Source of the DNA: Octopus sinensis
Taxonomy: Eukaryota
Reading direction: 5' to 3'
Assembly (NCBI RefSeq): GCF_006345805.1
Contig: NC_043010.1
Coordinates: forward strand, 52,390,001-52,454,000
DNA: 64,000 nt
In this document: piece by piece, positions 11,560-24,739 of the stretch
Layout of the letters: each line of letters begins with the position of its first letter
How positions within the stretch are numbered: position 1 is the first letter of the stretch
Program-made: the position numbers and the translations under genes
The notes under the pieces: generated by a model
What the model was told of the DNA's origin: nothing
Databases searched by the model: none
Seen by the model: the letters and a program-made list of their open reading frames with translations, nothing else

Positions 11560-11900
11560 AAAGGCAAATACCCGGAAAATACATTTCGTCTTGTACAGAT
11601 ATCTCCGTCAATAATACATCAACAAGCTATAGAGCAGACAAAGAGAACTCATTCAAAAGTTGCTTGCTCCAACAAAATATCTCATTTCATCAGACATATT
11701 CAGAACAACACATCCCTTTCTAAATATATATGGGGTATAAGAGATAAGAGACAACCAGAATTACATGCGTAGAACTCAATAAAAATATGAGTTCTTAGGA
11801 ATAAATCGAATTACTGCGATTCCTTACAAATAACCTTTATATCATATGCCCTTCAACATCAATCCTTAAAATAAAGCCCCTAATTTCAATCAACTAATTG
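11560..11900 (+). pseudogene. Decayed Penelope-like element GIY-YIG endonuclease fragment
   Basis: cagaacaacacatccctttctaaatatatatggggtataagagat translates as QNNTSLSKYIWGIRD, matching the PLE EN motif NSTxLSKYIW; surroundings are frameshifted. Confidence 0.6.
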
Positions 11901-12069
11901 ATATTCAAATTTTTTACGAACTTTTAAATAAGCAATCCTCACGCTTAATGAATCCACCACAATGTTCACTCCTTGTTGCGGTGTGGGTGGCTTCTGTGTC
12001 TCAATGACCCTGAAAGTTCCTTGTAGTTCCTTGTAGGGCCTTCCACGCTGAACAGGTCAAAGGATAGAG

Positions 12070-12290
12070 GCCAGTCTAATATAGACCACTTCTTCCTAGA
12101 AATAAATACAAGTTCCCTACCTAGAAAAATAAAGAGGAAGAAGCATCGATGGCAATTCAAAATTAACAAAACCTAGGAGAAGAAAAGGCAATTCAGAGTG
12201 GAGAATCTTAGAGAAAAGTCGCCGATGGCCTGTGCTCCATAGGGAGCGGAGGGCTTAAATAAAAGTAAGCATACTTGTTGAATAAGAATT
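12070..12290 (+). mobile_element. RTE-type LINE 3' end remnant
   Basis: ...RKVADGLCSIGSGGLK* resembles RTE C-termini, followed by a taag-type tail. Confidence 0.45.
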
Positions 12291-12705
12291 GACATCAGAG
12301 ACCATGTCACTGTCTGGAAATGCTTCGATCGTAATTCAAACCATTCAACGGTTATTAACCATTCTTTCTCGGTCTGCTGATGTGTACCGTTGAACAAAAA
12401 GCTGACTGAACGAAACTTTGGTTCGGTTTTATGATACACACTTGCACACTCGCGTGCGCGGACATATACACATATCTGTATACACGCTCATATACTACAG
12501 GGTTAGTTGAGCGTCAAACAAAATATCTTGTGAATTTTTAGTTCAATCTAATTTTCTTTCTGACTTGAAATCCCGCAGGGGTTTGAATGACGTTGTCCTT
12601 TCATTCCTCAGGGTTAAGGGGCTTTTAAAGGGTAAATCTAATTGACCATGTTTCCCATCACCGTCACCTTCTCCACTACCACTACCACTACCACCAGAAA
12701 CAACG

Positions 12706-13110
12706 TGGAGGCGCAATGGCCCAGTGGTTAGGGCAGCGGACTCGCGGTCGGAGGATCGCGGTTTCGATTCCCAGACCGGGCGTTGTGTGTGTTTATTGAG
12801 CGAAAACACCTAAAGCGACACGAGGCTCCGGCAGGGAATGGTGGCGACTCCTGTTTTACTCTTTCGCCCCAACTTTCTCTTACTGTTTCTTCCTGTTTTT
12901 GTCCCCGACTTCCTACGCAACCTCTGAGCCTGGATGCGCATTCATCCATCTGTCGATGCTCTCGGTGTAGGGGGTTGACCTGCTTTCTCTTCTGCGGGTC
13001 TTACGAATAGCAAAGGACCACGTTTCAGACTTCTCTCATCTTGCGAGCTCTGACCACTGCTAGTTAATACCGGAGCGCCTTTCTCTGCCGCTGGCATCAC
13101 TGCTCTCATC
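12706..13110 (+). mobile_element. SINE family C with tail type 3
   Basis: Standard C head/body to ~12890, then a different tail (gtccccgacttcctacgcaacc...gaccactgctagttaat...ctctcatcaac). Confidence 0.8.
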
Positions 13111-13360
13111 AACAGTGTCAATGACAGTTGCTGCCACTACCATTATTATCACCGCTACCGCCGTAACCAGCCTCACGACTACCTTCGCCGTCGCAAACAC
13201 TGCCATCATCCCTACCATTACCTCTGCAACTACCCGCATAACTACCACTACCGCCACCATCACCGCCACTGATAGCACCACCATTATCACCATCATCATC
13301 ACCACCCCTACAACCACTATCACCACCAGTTGTAATCCACAACGCCATTAACGAGTTTAA

Positions 13361-14105
13361 GGCGGCGAGCTGGCAGAAACGTTAGCACGCCGGGCGAAAT
13401 GTTCAGCAGTATTTCGTCTGCCGTTACGTTCTGAGTTCAAATTCCGCGGAGGTCGACTTTGCCTTTCATCCTTTCGTGGTGGATTAAATAAGTACCAGTT
13501 ACTCACTGGGGTCGATATAACCGACTTAATCCGTTTGTCTGTCCTTGTTTGCCCTCTCTGTGTTTAGCCCCTTGTGGGTAGTAAAGAAATAAGTATTTCG
13601 TTTGTTATTACATTCTGAGTTCAAATTCCGCCGAGGTCGACTTTGCCTTTCATCCTTTCGGGGTCGATTAAATAAGTACCAGTTACTCACTGGGGTCGAT
13701 ATAATCGACTTAATCCGTTTGTCTTTGTCCCTTCTGTGTTTAGCCCCTGTGGGTAGTAAAGAAATAGGTATTTCGCCCGTCACTACGTTCTGGGTTCAAA
13801 TTCCGCCGAGGTCGACTTTGCCTTTCATCCTTTCGGGGTCGATTAAATAAGTACCAGTTACTCACTGGGGTCGATATAATCGACTTAATCCGTTTGTCTG
13901 TCTTAGTCCCTTCTGTGTTTAGCCCCTTGTGGGTAGTAAAGAAATAGGTATTTCGCCCGTCACTACGTTCTGGGTTCAAATTCCGCTAAGGTCGACTTTG
14001 CCTTTCATCCTTTCGGGGTCGATACGTTAAGTGCCAGTGAAACACTGGGGTCGATGAAATCGACTAGTCCCGTCCCCACAAATTTGAGGCCTAGTGCTTC
14101 CAGTA
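13361..14105 (+). mobile_element. SINE family B head-to-tail tetramer
   Basis: One full head plus three ~180 bp units rejoining at gtatttcg. Confidence 0.9.
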
Positions 14106-14134
14106 GAAATGATTAACGAGTTTAAGGCAACTTC

Positions 14135-14335
14135 TACGTGGTCGGGCGATCTGCTAGACATAGCAGTCAATATCTCCTTCAAAATTTCCATCTTACCGTC
14201 TTAAAAATGGACAATGTGGTTGAGGGTTGGGTGCTGAAGCAGAAATGACAGGATGGTCACAGCTGGAATGTTTTTGACCATTGTTCTGTTGGATCAATAT
14301 CGACCTGGGGGATAAACAACAACAACAACAGTAGT
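14135..14335 (+). mobile_element. Family F interspersed repeat (unclassified, (AAC)n tail)
   Basis: gatctgctagacatagcag...ggatggtcacagctggaatg...gacctggggataaacaacaac; related pieces at 18770-20220. Confidence 0.6.
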
Positions 14336-14499
14336 AATAAACCTATGAGGGAACATCACTGTGGTTGTTTGACATGCTAGAAATATCAGCCATGACCTTC
14401 TTAAACTAAATTTTTCTACTACCCTACCACCAATATCATACTGTCATCCTTACAACACTATCAGCACAACAGCATTATCAGCACTAATACATTATCACG

Positions 14500-14536
<37 letters not shown>

Positions 14537-14700
14537 AACTACTAGCACGACCACTACTACTATCACTACTACTGCTACTACTACAACAACAACAACTACT
14601 ACTACCACCACTACTACTGCTGCTACTACTACTACAACTACCACCACCACCACCACCACCACTACTACTATTACATTATCTGTTACTACATTATTACTGT

Positions 14701-15888
14701 GGAAGGCGCATGGCTCAGAGGTTAGAGCGTCGAACTTACGACCGTGAAGTTGTGAGTTCGAATCCCGGACCGGGCTGTGTGTTGGGTTCTTGAGCAAGAC
14801 ACTTTTATGTTCACGTTGCTCCAGTTCCCTCAGCTGTAGAAATGAGTTGCGACGTCACGGGTGCCAAGCTGTATCGGCGGCCCCTTTGCCTTTCCCTTGG
14901 ATAACACTGGTAGCGTGGAAGAGGGGAGGCCGGTATGCATGGGCGACTGTTGGTCTTCCATAAACAACCTTGCCCGGACTTGTGCTTAGGGGGGGGGGGT
15001 AACTTTCTAGGTGCAATCCCACGATTCGTGAGGTTGTGAGTTCGAATCCCGGACCGGGCTGCGTGTTGGGTTCTTGAGCAAGACACTTTATGTTCACGTT
15101 GCTCCTGTTCAATCAGCTGTAGAAATGAGTTGCGACGTCACAGGTGCCAAGCTGTATCGGCGGCCCCTTTGCCTTTCCCTTTGATAACACTGGTAGCGTG
15201 GAAGAGGGGAGGCCGGTATGCATGGGCGACTGTTGGTCTTCCATAAACAACCTTGCCCGGACTTGTGCTTAGGGGGGGGGTAACTTTCTTGGTGCAATCC
15301 CACGATTCGTGAGGTTGTGAGTTCGAATCCCGGACCGGGCTGCGTGTTGGGTTCTTGAGCAAGACACTTTATGTTCACGTTGCTCCTGTTCAATCAGCTG
15401 TAGAAATGAGTTGCGACGTCACGGGTGCCAAGCTGTATCGGCGGCCCCTTTGCCTTTCCCTTTGATAATACTGGTAGCGTGGAAGAGGGGAGGCCGGTAT
15501 GCATGGGCGACTGTTGGTCTTCCATAAACAACCTTGCCCGGACTTGTGCTTGGGGTGGGGGGGTAACTTTCTAGGTGCAATCCCACGATTCGTGAGGTTG
15601 TGAGTTCGAATCCCGGACCGGGCTGCGTGTTGGGTTCTTGAGCAAGACACTTTATGTTCACGTTGCTCCTGTTCAATCAGCTGTAGAAATGAGTTGCGAC
15701 GTCACAGGTGCCAAGCTGTATCGGCCCCTTTGCCTTTCCCTTGGATAACACTGGTGGCGTGGAGAGGGGAGGCCGGTATGCATGGGCGACTGTTGGTCTT
15801 CTATAAACAACCTTGCTCGGACTTGTGCTTCGGAGGGTAACTTTCTAGGTGCGATCCCATGGTCTGTGTCGTGACCGAAGGAGGTCTC
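14701..15888 (+). mobile_element. SINE family E tandem array, four units of 281-284 bp
   Basis: tRNA-like head (TGGCTCAGAGG A box, GTTCGAATCC B box) is complete only in unit 1; units restart at 14749, 15033, 15314 and 15597. Confidence 0.92.
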
Positions 15889-15926
15889 CCGACATTATTA
15901 CTACCATCACCATCATTCTCATTTTT

Positions 15927-16304
15927 CACTCCGTCGGTTACGACAATGAGGGTTCCGGTTGATCCGAATCAACGGAACAGCCTGCTCGTGAAATTAACGT
16001 GTAAGTGGCTGAGCACTCCACAGACACGTGTACCCTTAACGTAGTTCTCGGGGATATTCAGCGTGACACAGAGAGTGACAAGGCCGGCCCTTTGAAATAC
16101 AGGTACAACAGAAACAGGAAGTAAGAGTGAGAGAAAGTTGTGGTGAAAGAGTACAGCAGGGATCACCACCATCCCCTGCCGGAGCCTCGTGGAGCTTTAG
16201 GTGTTTTCGCTCAATAAACACTCACAACGCCCGGTCTGGGAATCGAAACCGCGATCCTATGACCGCGAGTCCGCTGCCCTAACCACTGGGCCATTGCGCC
16301 CCCA
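15927..16304 (-). mobile_element. SINE family C, tail type 1
   Basis: Near-identical to 8391-8760. Confidence 0.93.
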
Positions 16305-16309
16305 CACTA

Positions 16310-18730
16310 CCATCACCACACTATCACCGATACCGCTCTAACTGCACCAGCGCTATTACGTTTTCAGCATTATCGGCATAATTACACTATCAACGCTACT
16401 TCAACAATAACATCACCACTAACAACACTATCACCGCTACAACATTAGCCACGACAATAACAGCGCCGCTACAACTCTATCACTGAAATTACACTATCAT
16501 CACTACTACAGCACTGTCACCGCTACAACACTAGCCACAACAGTTTCATTACCACTACAATACTATCACCGCTACAACACTATCACTGCTATATCATTAG
16601 CCACAACAGTTTTAATTACCACTATAATACTATAACCGCGACAACACTATCACCGCTGCAACATTAGCCACGGCAATTTCATCACCAGTACAATACTATC
16701 ACCGCTACTTTGGTCGCAATAATTTAATCACCACTACAGTACTATCACTGCTGCATTAGCCACGACAATTTCATCACCACTACTATACTATCACCGCTAC
16801 CACATTATCACCGCTACTTTAGCAACGACAATTTAATCACCACTACAATGCTATCACCGCTACAGCATTAGCCACGACAATTTCATCACCACTACTATAC
16901 TATCACCACTACCACATTATCACCGCTACTTTAGCCACAACAATTTAATCACCACTACAATACTATCACTGCTACAACATTAGCCACGACAATTTCATCA
17001 CCACTACTATACTATCACCGCTACAACATTATCACCGCTACTTTAGCCACAACAATTTCATCACCACTACAATACTATCACTGCAACAACATTAGCCACG
17101 ACAATTTCATCACCACTACTATACTATCACCACTACCACATTATCACCGCTACTTTAGCCACAACAATTTAATCACCACTACAATACTATCACTGCTACA
17201 ACATTAGCCACGACAATTTCATCACCAGTACTATACTATCACCACTACCACATTATCACCGCTACTTTAGCCACAACAATTTCATCACCACTACAATACT
17301 ATCACTGCTACAACATTAGCCACGACAATTTCATCACCACTACTATACTATCACCGCTACTTTAGCCACAACAATTTAATCACCACTACAATGCTATCAC
17401 CGCTACAGCATTAGCCACGACAATTTCATCACCACTACTATACTATCACCACTACCACATTATCACCGCTACTTTAGCCACAACAATTTCATCACCACTA
17501 CAATACTATCACTGCTACAACATTAGCCACGACAATTTCATCACCACTACTATACTATCACCACTACCACATTATCACCGCTACTTTAGCCACAACAATT
17601 TCATCACCACTACAATACTATCACTGCTACAACATTAGCCACGACAATTTCATCACCACTACTATACTATCACCGCTACTTTAGCCACAACAATTTAATC
17701 ACCACTACAATACTATCACTGCTACAACATTAGCCACGACAATTTCATCACCACTACTATACTATCACCACTACCACATTATCACCGCTACTTTAGCCAC
17801 AACAATTTCATCACCACTACAATACTATCACTGCTACAACATTAGCCACGACAATTTTATCACCACTACTATACTATCACCACTACCACATTATCACCGC
17901 TACTTTAGCCACAACAATTCATCACCACTACAATACTATCACTGCTAAACATTAGCACGACAATTTCATCACCACTACTATACTATCACCGCTACTTTAG
18001 CCACAACAATTTAATCACCACTACAATGCTATCACCGCTACAGCATTAGCCACGACAATTTCATCACCACTACTATACTATCACCACTACCACATTATCA
18101 CCGCTACTTTAGCCACAACAATTTCATCACCACTACAATACTATCACTGCTACAACATTAGCCACGACAATTTCATCACCACTACTATACTATCACCACT
18201 ACCACATTATCACCGCTACTTTAGCCACAACAATTTAACCACCACTACAATGCTATCACCGCTACAGCATTAGCCACGACAATTTCATCACCACTACTAT
18301 ACTATCACCACTACCACATTATCACCGCTACTTTAACCACAACAATTTAATCACCACTACAATGCTATCGCCGCTACAGCATTATCATTGCTACAACATT
18401 AACCACATCAATTTCATCACCACTACAATACTGTCACCGCTACCGCATTATCACCGCTACATTAGCCAATTTAATCACCACTGTAATACTATCACCGCTA
18501 CAACATTAACACTGCTACAACATTAGCCACAACAATTTCATCACCATTACAGTACCACCACCAATACAACACTATCGCTACTACAACATTAACCATAGCA
18601 CTAACATCACCACTACAACACTATCACTTCTATCACAACAATAATATTACCACAACAGTAGCACCACTACAATCCTGTCTCTACTACAACATTCACCACA
18701 ACAGTAACTTCACCACTACAACACTAAACT
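16310..18730. repeat. Complex minisatellite built of 46-, 49- and 63-bp units
   Basis: Units caccactacaatactatcactgctacaacattagccacgacaatttcat (49), a 63-bp variant and a 46-bp variant; homogeneous core ~16740-18430 with degenerate edges. Confidence 0.92.
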
Positions 18731-18769
18731 AGGCCATAGTCGTTACCACCATAATCATAATTACAATCA

Positions 18770-19216
18770 AAGTACGTGCTCGACATGCTAGTAAGAGTAG
18801 TCGAATCTCCCTCAAATTACACCACATAGCTATTGGTTAATGTAGTTTTCTTGTATACTCCCCCCCACCCCGAAAAGACGGAATGGTCACGGGCAGGAAT
18901 GTCTTTGATTATAGGGTTTGGTCTGGAATCTATGTTTTGGGGGTTTTTTTGTGGGGTGGGAGGACACTAAACCATATCATTTGTCGCCGCCACCACCAAC
19001 ACTACCACCATGACGAACACGACTACTACTACTACTTTTACTACTACTACTACTACTACTACTACTACAGTAAACATTACAACAATTACGTGCTCATCAT
19101 GCTAGAAATAGCAGCTGAATCTCAAATCAACCAACGTTATTGGTTAATATACGCTGACAATGATGACGACGACGACTGCCACCACTACTACTACAACTGT
19201 ACTGCTACTGCTGCTG

Positions 19217-19262
<46 letters not shown>

Positions 19263-20220
19263 CATCAACAATATACGATCGCGTCACCGAGCATCTTCGC
19301 GGTCTTTTGATCTGCTGGAAATAGTTACCAAATTCCTTCAAAGATATCTTAGAAGCTTGAACAAAACGACGAGATAGCCACCGTTGGAACGCCTTTTATC
19401 GTAGTCCTACTCAATCAGGATAGACCTGGAGTTAAACAACATCACTACCTCTATATAAACAACAATAACATTTAAACAAGACTACGGGGGTCATATAATC
19501 TGTTAGAAATAGCAGCCGAATCTCCCTCAAATTACACCTTGCTATCTTAAGACAAAGCCAGACACATTGACTAATGTTGTCATAAAAAAAAAATCTGCAT
19601 GGTCACGGCCAGAACGCCTTTGATTATTGGCCAGCTGGATCGGCGATTATCTGGGGTTAAACGAAATAGAGGCCAAATTTGTCTTCAAATTGTGCCAACA
19701 AGAGGGTCATGATTTGTGGTTCTCTGAATCTGCTAGAAATAGCAGCTAAATCTTCCAATAAATCGAGATATTGAGGAAGTATCTTTTGTTGCTCGATCTG
19801 TTAGAAACAGCAAAAATAGCTAAATAGAGTTGATGAGGGCATTGTATATGGTCGGACTATCCGTTAGAAACAGCAGCCAAATCTCTTTCTAGATTTCACA
19901 TTTTACCGCCTTGACAAGGAAGGAAATGTTGAGATGTTGAAATAATACAGTCGTGGATGCAATATGTCCAAAAACAAGACGGGAAGGTCACCAATGGATT
20001 TTTGTTGATTATCATAGGTCTTTTTCAAAGCATTAGCAATCAAGACACCCCAAAATTACACGCTCGATTTTCTTATTAAGATAATAATGAAACAAAACTT
20101 GGACACATAAGATAATGTAGTCCTTTGAAGATACGTTTAAAAGGAGATGGTCACGGTAAGAAAGGGTTTGTTCGATTAGGGGCTGAAGGGGCACTAAACA
20201 GCTTAAACGATAAACTGCTA
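18770..20220 (+). repeat. Cluster of degenerate family F fragments interleaved with (TAC)n
   Basis: Repeated gctagaaatagcagc(c/t)(a/g)aatctc and atggtcacgg motifs. Confidence 0.6.
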
Positions 20221-20439
20221 ATACTACAATGACCACCACCTTCACCACTATCACTTATCCCCCCCCATCAACTCCGCCTCCACCATGATCATCACCATCA
20301 TCATCATCATCACCAACAACATCATCATTATATAGTGAATACTGCCTTCTGTTCATTCTCCTCCTCCTCCCGCCGCCGCTGCCTTCCGTAGTCTCTCCGT
20401 AGACAGTCAACTGTGCTGCTTGTAAAGCTTATTTGTGGA

Positions 20440-20511
20440 TACTGAAGTGAGAGATGAGGATGGAGAGGTGATATCGGTGAGAGGGAAAGAGATACGGAGA
20501 GAAAGATAAAT

Positions 20512-20554
<43 letters not shown>

Positions 20555-20621
20555 GTAGATAGATACATATGTGGTACTATAGAATAAGAACAGAGGGTGG
20601 TGGGAAGAGATAATGAGAAAC

Positions 20622-20653
<32 letters not shown>

Positions 20654-21152
20654 AAGTGAAAGTGAAAGTGATACAGAGGGAAAGATGACTTTCTTATCCT
20701 AATACATATGAATGTATATGTATGTATGTATATATATATATATATGCGTGTGTATGTATGTATGTATGTATGTATGTATGTATATGGTTGTGTGTGAGTG
20801 TGTGTGTGTGTATAACACATAAGGACTACCTCGGGCTTCAGTGTTGACTGCTGTTTCTAGCATGTGGAGCGACTACGTTGTGAAGTTGGGTTGTAGTTAT
20901 TGAGAGAAAGGGCGGGGAGGAAACTAGATAGGGGAGAAAAAAAAACACTAAGAAACAAGAGGGAGTGAAAGAGAAAGAGACAGCAGAGAAAGAGAGAAAT
21001 ACACATGCAGAGAGAGAGAGAGAGTGAAGGAATGGCAGAAAGCGGGGAGAGAGTGATTTAGAGAGTGAGTGAGTGAGAGTGCCAGAGTGTGATAGACAGA
21101 AAGAGACAGGGATAGACGAAGAGGAGGAAAGGCAGACTGACAGAGGGAGGTA

Positions 21153-21196
<44 letters not shown>

Positions 21197-21520
21197 TAGA
21201 AAGACAGATAGCGCGCGCACGCGCGCGAGAGAGAAAGAGAGAGTAAATATTAGGATGAACAAAGAGAGAGAGAGAAAGACAGTAAGAAAGACATCAAGAA
21301 AGACAGAAAGAGAACGAGTGAGAGAGAGCCTAGCATAGAGTAAGAGATGGCAATAATCGCACGCATTCACGTACACACAGAGAACAAGAGGTAGTACACA
21401 TTTACGTAGAGAGAAGCGCAAGCACACACACACACACACACTCACATTTACACATACACACACAGAGACAGAGATACACACATACACACACGCGCGCGCA
21501 CACTCACACATAGTGACAAA
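20440..21520. repeat. Compound (GA)n/(GATA)/(TATG)/(CA)n purine-rich block
   Basis: Direct inspection. Confidence 0.9.
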
Positions 21521-21532
21521 CAAGAGTTCTTA

Positions 21533-21586
21533 GTCAGTCAGAGGGGAAGACAGGAAGAAAGATACGCAGTGCAGTGAGCGGTAAGT
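21533..21586 (+). promoter_or_regulatory. Candidate Pol II start and short non-coding first exon with splice donor
   Basis: Inr-like TCAGTC after a GAGA/CpG-containing block; GAGCG|GTAAGT perfect donor at 21581; motif-only evidence. Confidence 0.3.
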
Positions 21587-21779
21587 GTGGTCTTAGTAAA
21601 TATTTAATAATGGTGTCACTATATGAAAAGCTTGTTGTTGTTCTTGTTAGCACCTTTAGGGGTCACGGTTTCGTCTCGGGGTGCCTGGTTTAATAATTGA
21701 CATGTGGGGGGTAGGGAGGGAGGGAGGCTTTAGGTTAAGGCGGTCGCGGGGTGGTACTGCTGAAGCTCTGTGTATTCGT

Positions 21780-21822
21780 ATGTATGTATATATGTATATT
21801 TATATATGTATATGTATGTATG

Positions 21823-21887
<65 letters not shown>

Positions 21888-22050
21888 TACCGGAGTAAAC
21901 ACATAAATGTGAAACAAGGTGGAAAAAAGAGTACTCAAATACCAGGGGTAGAGTAATATGCTTTATTTAAAAGCAGCAGAAATTCAACAAAACCTGTTAC
22001 TCGGAGTTTCACTTAATATATATATATTACATACATACATACATATATTA

Positions 22051-22096
<46 letters not shown>

Positions 22097-22256
22097 ATAT
22101 ATATATTATATATATATATATATATACATATTGTATGTATGTATGTATGTATGTATGTATGTATGTATATATATATATGATTGATTGTGTTGTGTGTGTG
22201 TTGTAGGTATCGTGTTGTGTAATAACAATGTGTTGAATTCTATGTATTGTTTAAAG

Positions 22257-22305
<49 letters not shown>

Positions 22306-22336
22306 ATATATATATTATATTATATATTATATATAC

Positions 22337-22369
<33 letters not shown>

Positions 22370-22474
22370 TGTATATATATATATGATTGATTGTGTCTGT
22401 GTGTGTGTGTAGGTATCGTGTTGTGTAATAACAATGTGTTGAATTCTATGTATTGTTTAAAGCTATATATATAT

Positions 22475-22507
<33 letters not shown>

Positions 22508-22838
22508 GTATATGTATATATGTATGTATATGAATCTATGTGTGTATGTATGTATGGGTAGATGATATATGCGTGTGAATATATATACATACATACAAAT
22601 ATGTTTTTTTTATTAATAATTAGCGAAAATAACAGAATGAAAGGTTCAAGGTCCTAGAGTTTCGTTGCGTTGGCACCTTCGTAAGTGCCAAAGCACGGAA
22701 TTCTCGGATCTTGAGTCACTCCGTTACTTTTGCGCCAGATATTAGAAAGATACATACATCATATACTCAAGCTTTGAGTTCTGTTTCTCGTGTTTGCGTC
22801 ACCGTGCCTGTGTGTGTATATATATATATGTGTATATA

Positions 22839-22908
<70 letters not shown>

Positions 22909-23529
22909 GTACATAATATATATACATACATACGTGCGTACGTACATACATACATACATACATACATACATACGTACATACATACATACATACATACGTA
23001 CATACATACATATATACATACATACGTACGTACGTACATACATACGTACATACATACATACATACATTCATACATACATACATACATTCATACATACATA
23101 CATACATACATATACATACATATATATACATACATACGTACGTACATACATATATACATACATACATATACATGCATATATATATACATACATACATACG
23201 TACGTACATACATACATACATACATACATGCATATATACATACATACATACATACGTATATACATACATACATATATATACATGCATACATACATACATA
23301 ACATACATACATACATACATACGTACATACATACATATGTGTGTTGTGTGTGTATTGTGGGAGTCGAGTGAGCTGAAACAGTGTGGAATAATGTAGTTTA
23401 ATCATTTATTTGTATATTTACAAACACATACAACACACACGCACACGTTATTCTATGTGTGTATGTACATTGCCTTTATAAGGTGAGATATATTTTCATT
23501 GGGGTGAAACATACGCAATCATCGCTTTA

Positions 23530-23566
<37 letters not shown>

Positions 23567-24706
23567 AGAGAGAGAAAGAGAGAGTGAGAGTTATGTATGT
23601 ATTTATGTCATGCGTGTATAAATATATACATTTCTTTGAATGCATATGTATATATTTCTCTTTCTCTGCTCTCTGTATATACACACATATTCGTGCATTT
23701 ATCTATCTATACATATATATATGCAAACACACAAGCACACACACACACATACACATATATATACACACACAATACACAAATACACACACATACAGAGGTT
23801 GTTTACAACGAACAATAGAAAATGCACCCAATACTTGATATGAGTATAAATACAGACACGCACACACATACATACATACATACATACATACATACATACA
23901 TACATACATACATACACACTTACATACCTACACGCATACATACATATATACATAGAACACACATACATACATACATACATACATACATACACATACATAC
24001 ATAGATACATACATACATGCATGCATACATACATACACACACACATACATACACACATACATACATACATACACGCATACATATATACATACGTACACAC
24101 ATACATACATACATACATACATACATACATACATACATACATACTCACAAACACGCACTTACGTATATAGAAACATACACATACATATACACACGCATGT
24201 ATGTTTAGACTATTTAACTATTTATGATACAAATATGTTCCAACGTATGTTAGCTGCTATTTAGCCCTCGGTTCACCATCACCGCCTTGCACACCTGACT
24301 GAATAAGCCCCTAGAATCAATCAACGCCACTCCAACCATGTCCACCCTGTCATATCTTCCTACTTAAATATATCTGGAAGAACGACATCATTCTAATGCG
24401 TTTATTCTTGTTGAATAAAGGATAGCAAGACAGCAGCTGTGATTTGAAAGCAATTTCGCTGCTCTTTCTAGCAGCTTGTGCGACTGCGTAAAGAAAGGCT
24501 TTATTGTCTCGTCTGCTGCCGCCGATTAACGCCAGATCAGCTGGAGTTAAACGTAATTGATCCTATGTGCAAAGACAATCCAGCCGTGACAATCCCGTCT
24601 TTTCCTCGTTGTTTCTTGTACCACGTTTATCTTTTATGTTCTTCTTGTTTTAAGACGGTAGGTGTATGTTTTGAGGGAGATGTATGTAATATGTGTGTAT
24701 AAGTAG

Positions 24707-24739
<33 letters not shown>

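Noticed and set aside
16310-18730. Thr-rich mucin-like exon
   Set aside because: Unit lengths 49 and 46 are not multiples of 3 and stops recur on both strands
22170-22500. ~205 bp tandem duplication inside (TA)n
   Set aside because: Real in this sequence but flanked by slippage-prone repeats and may be an assembly artefact; low biological value
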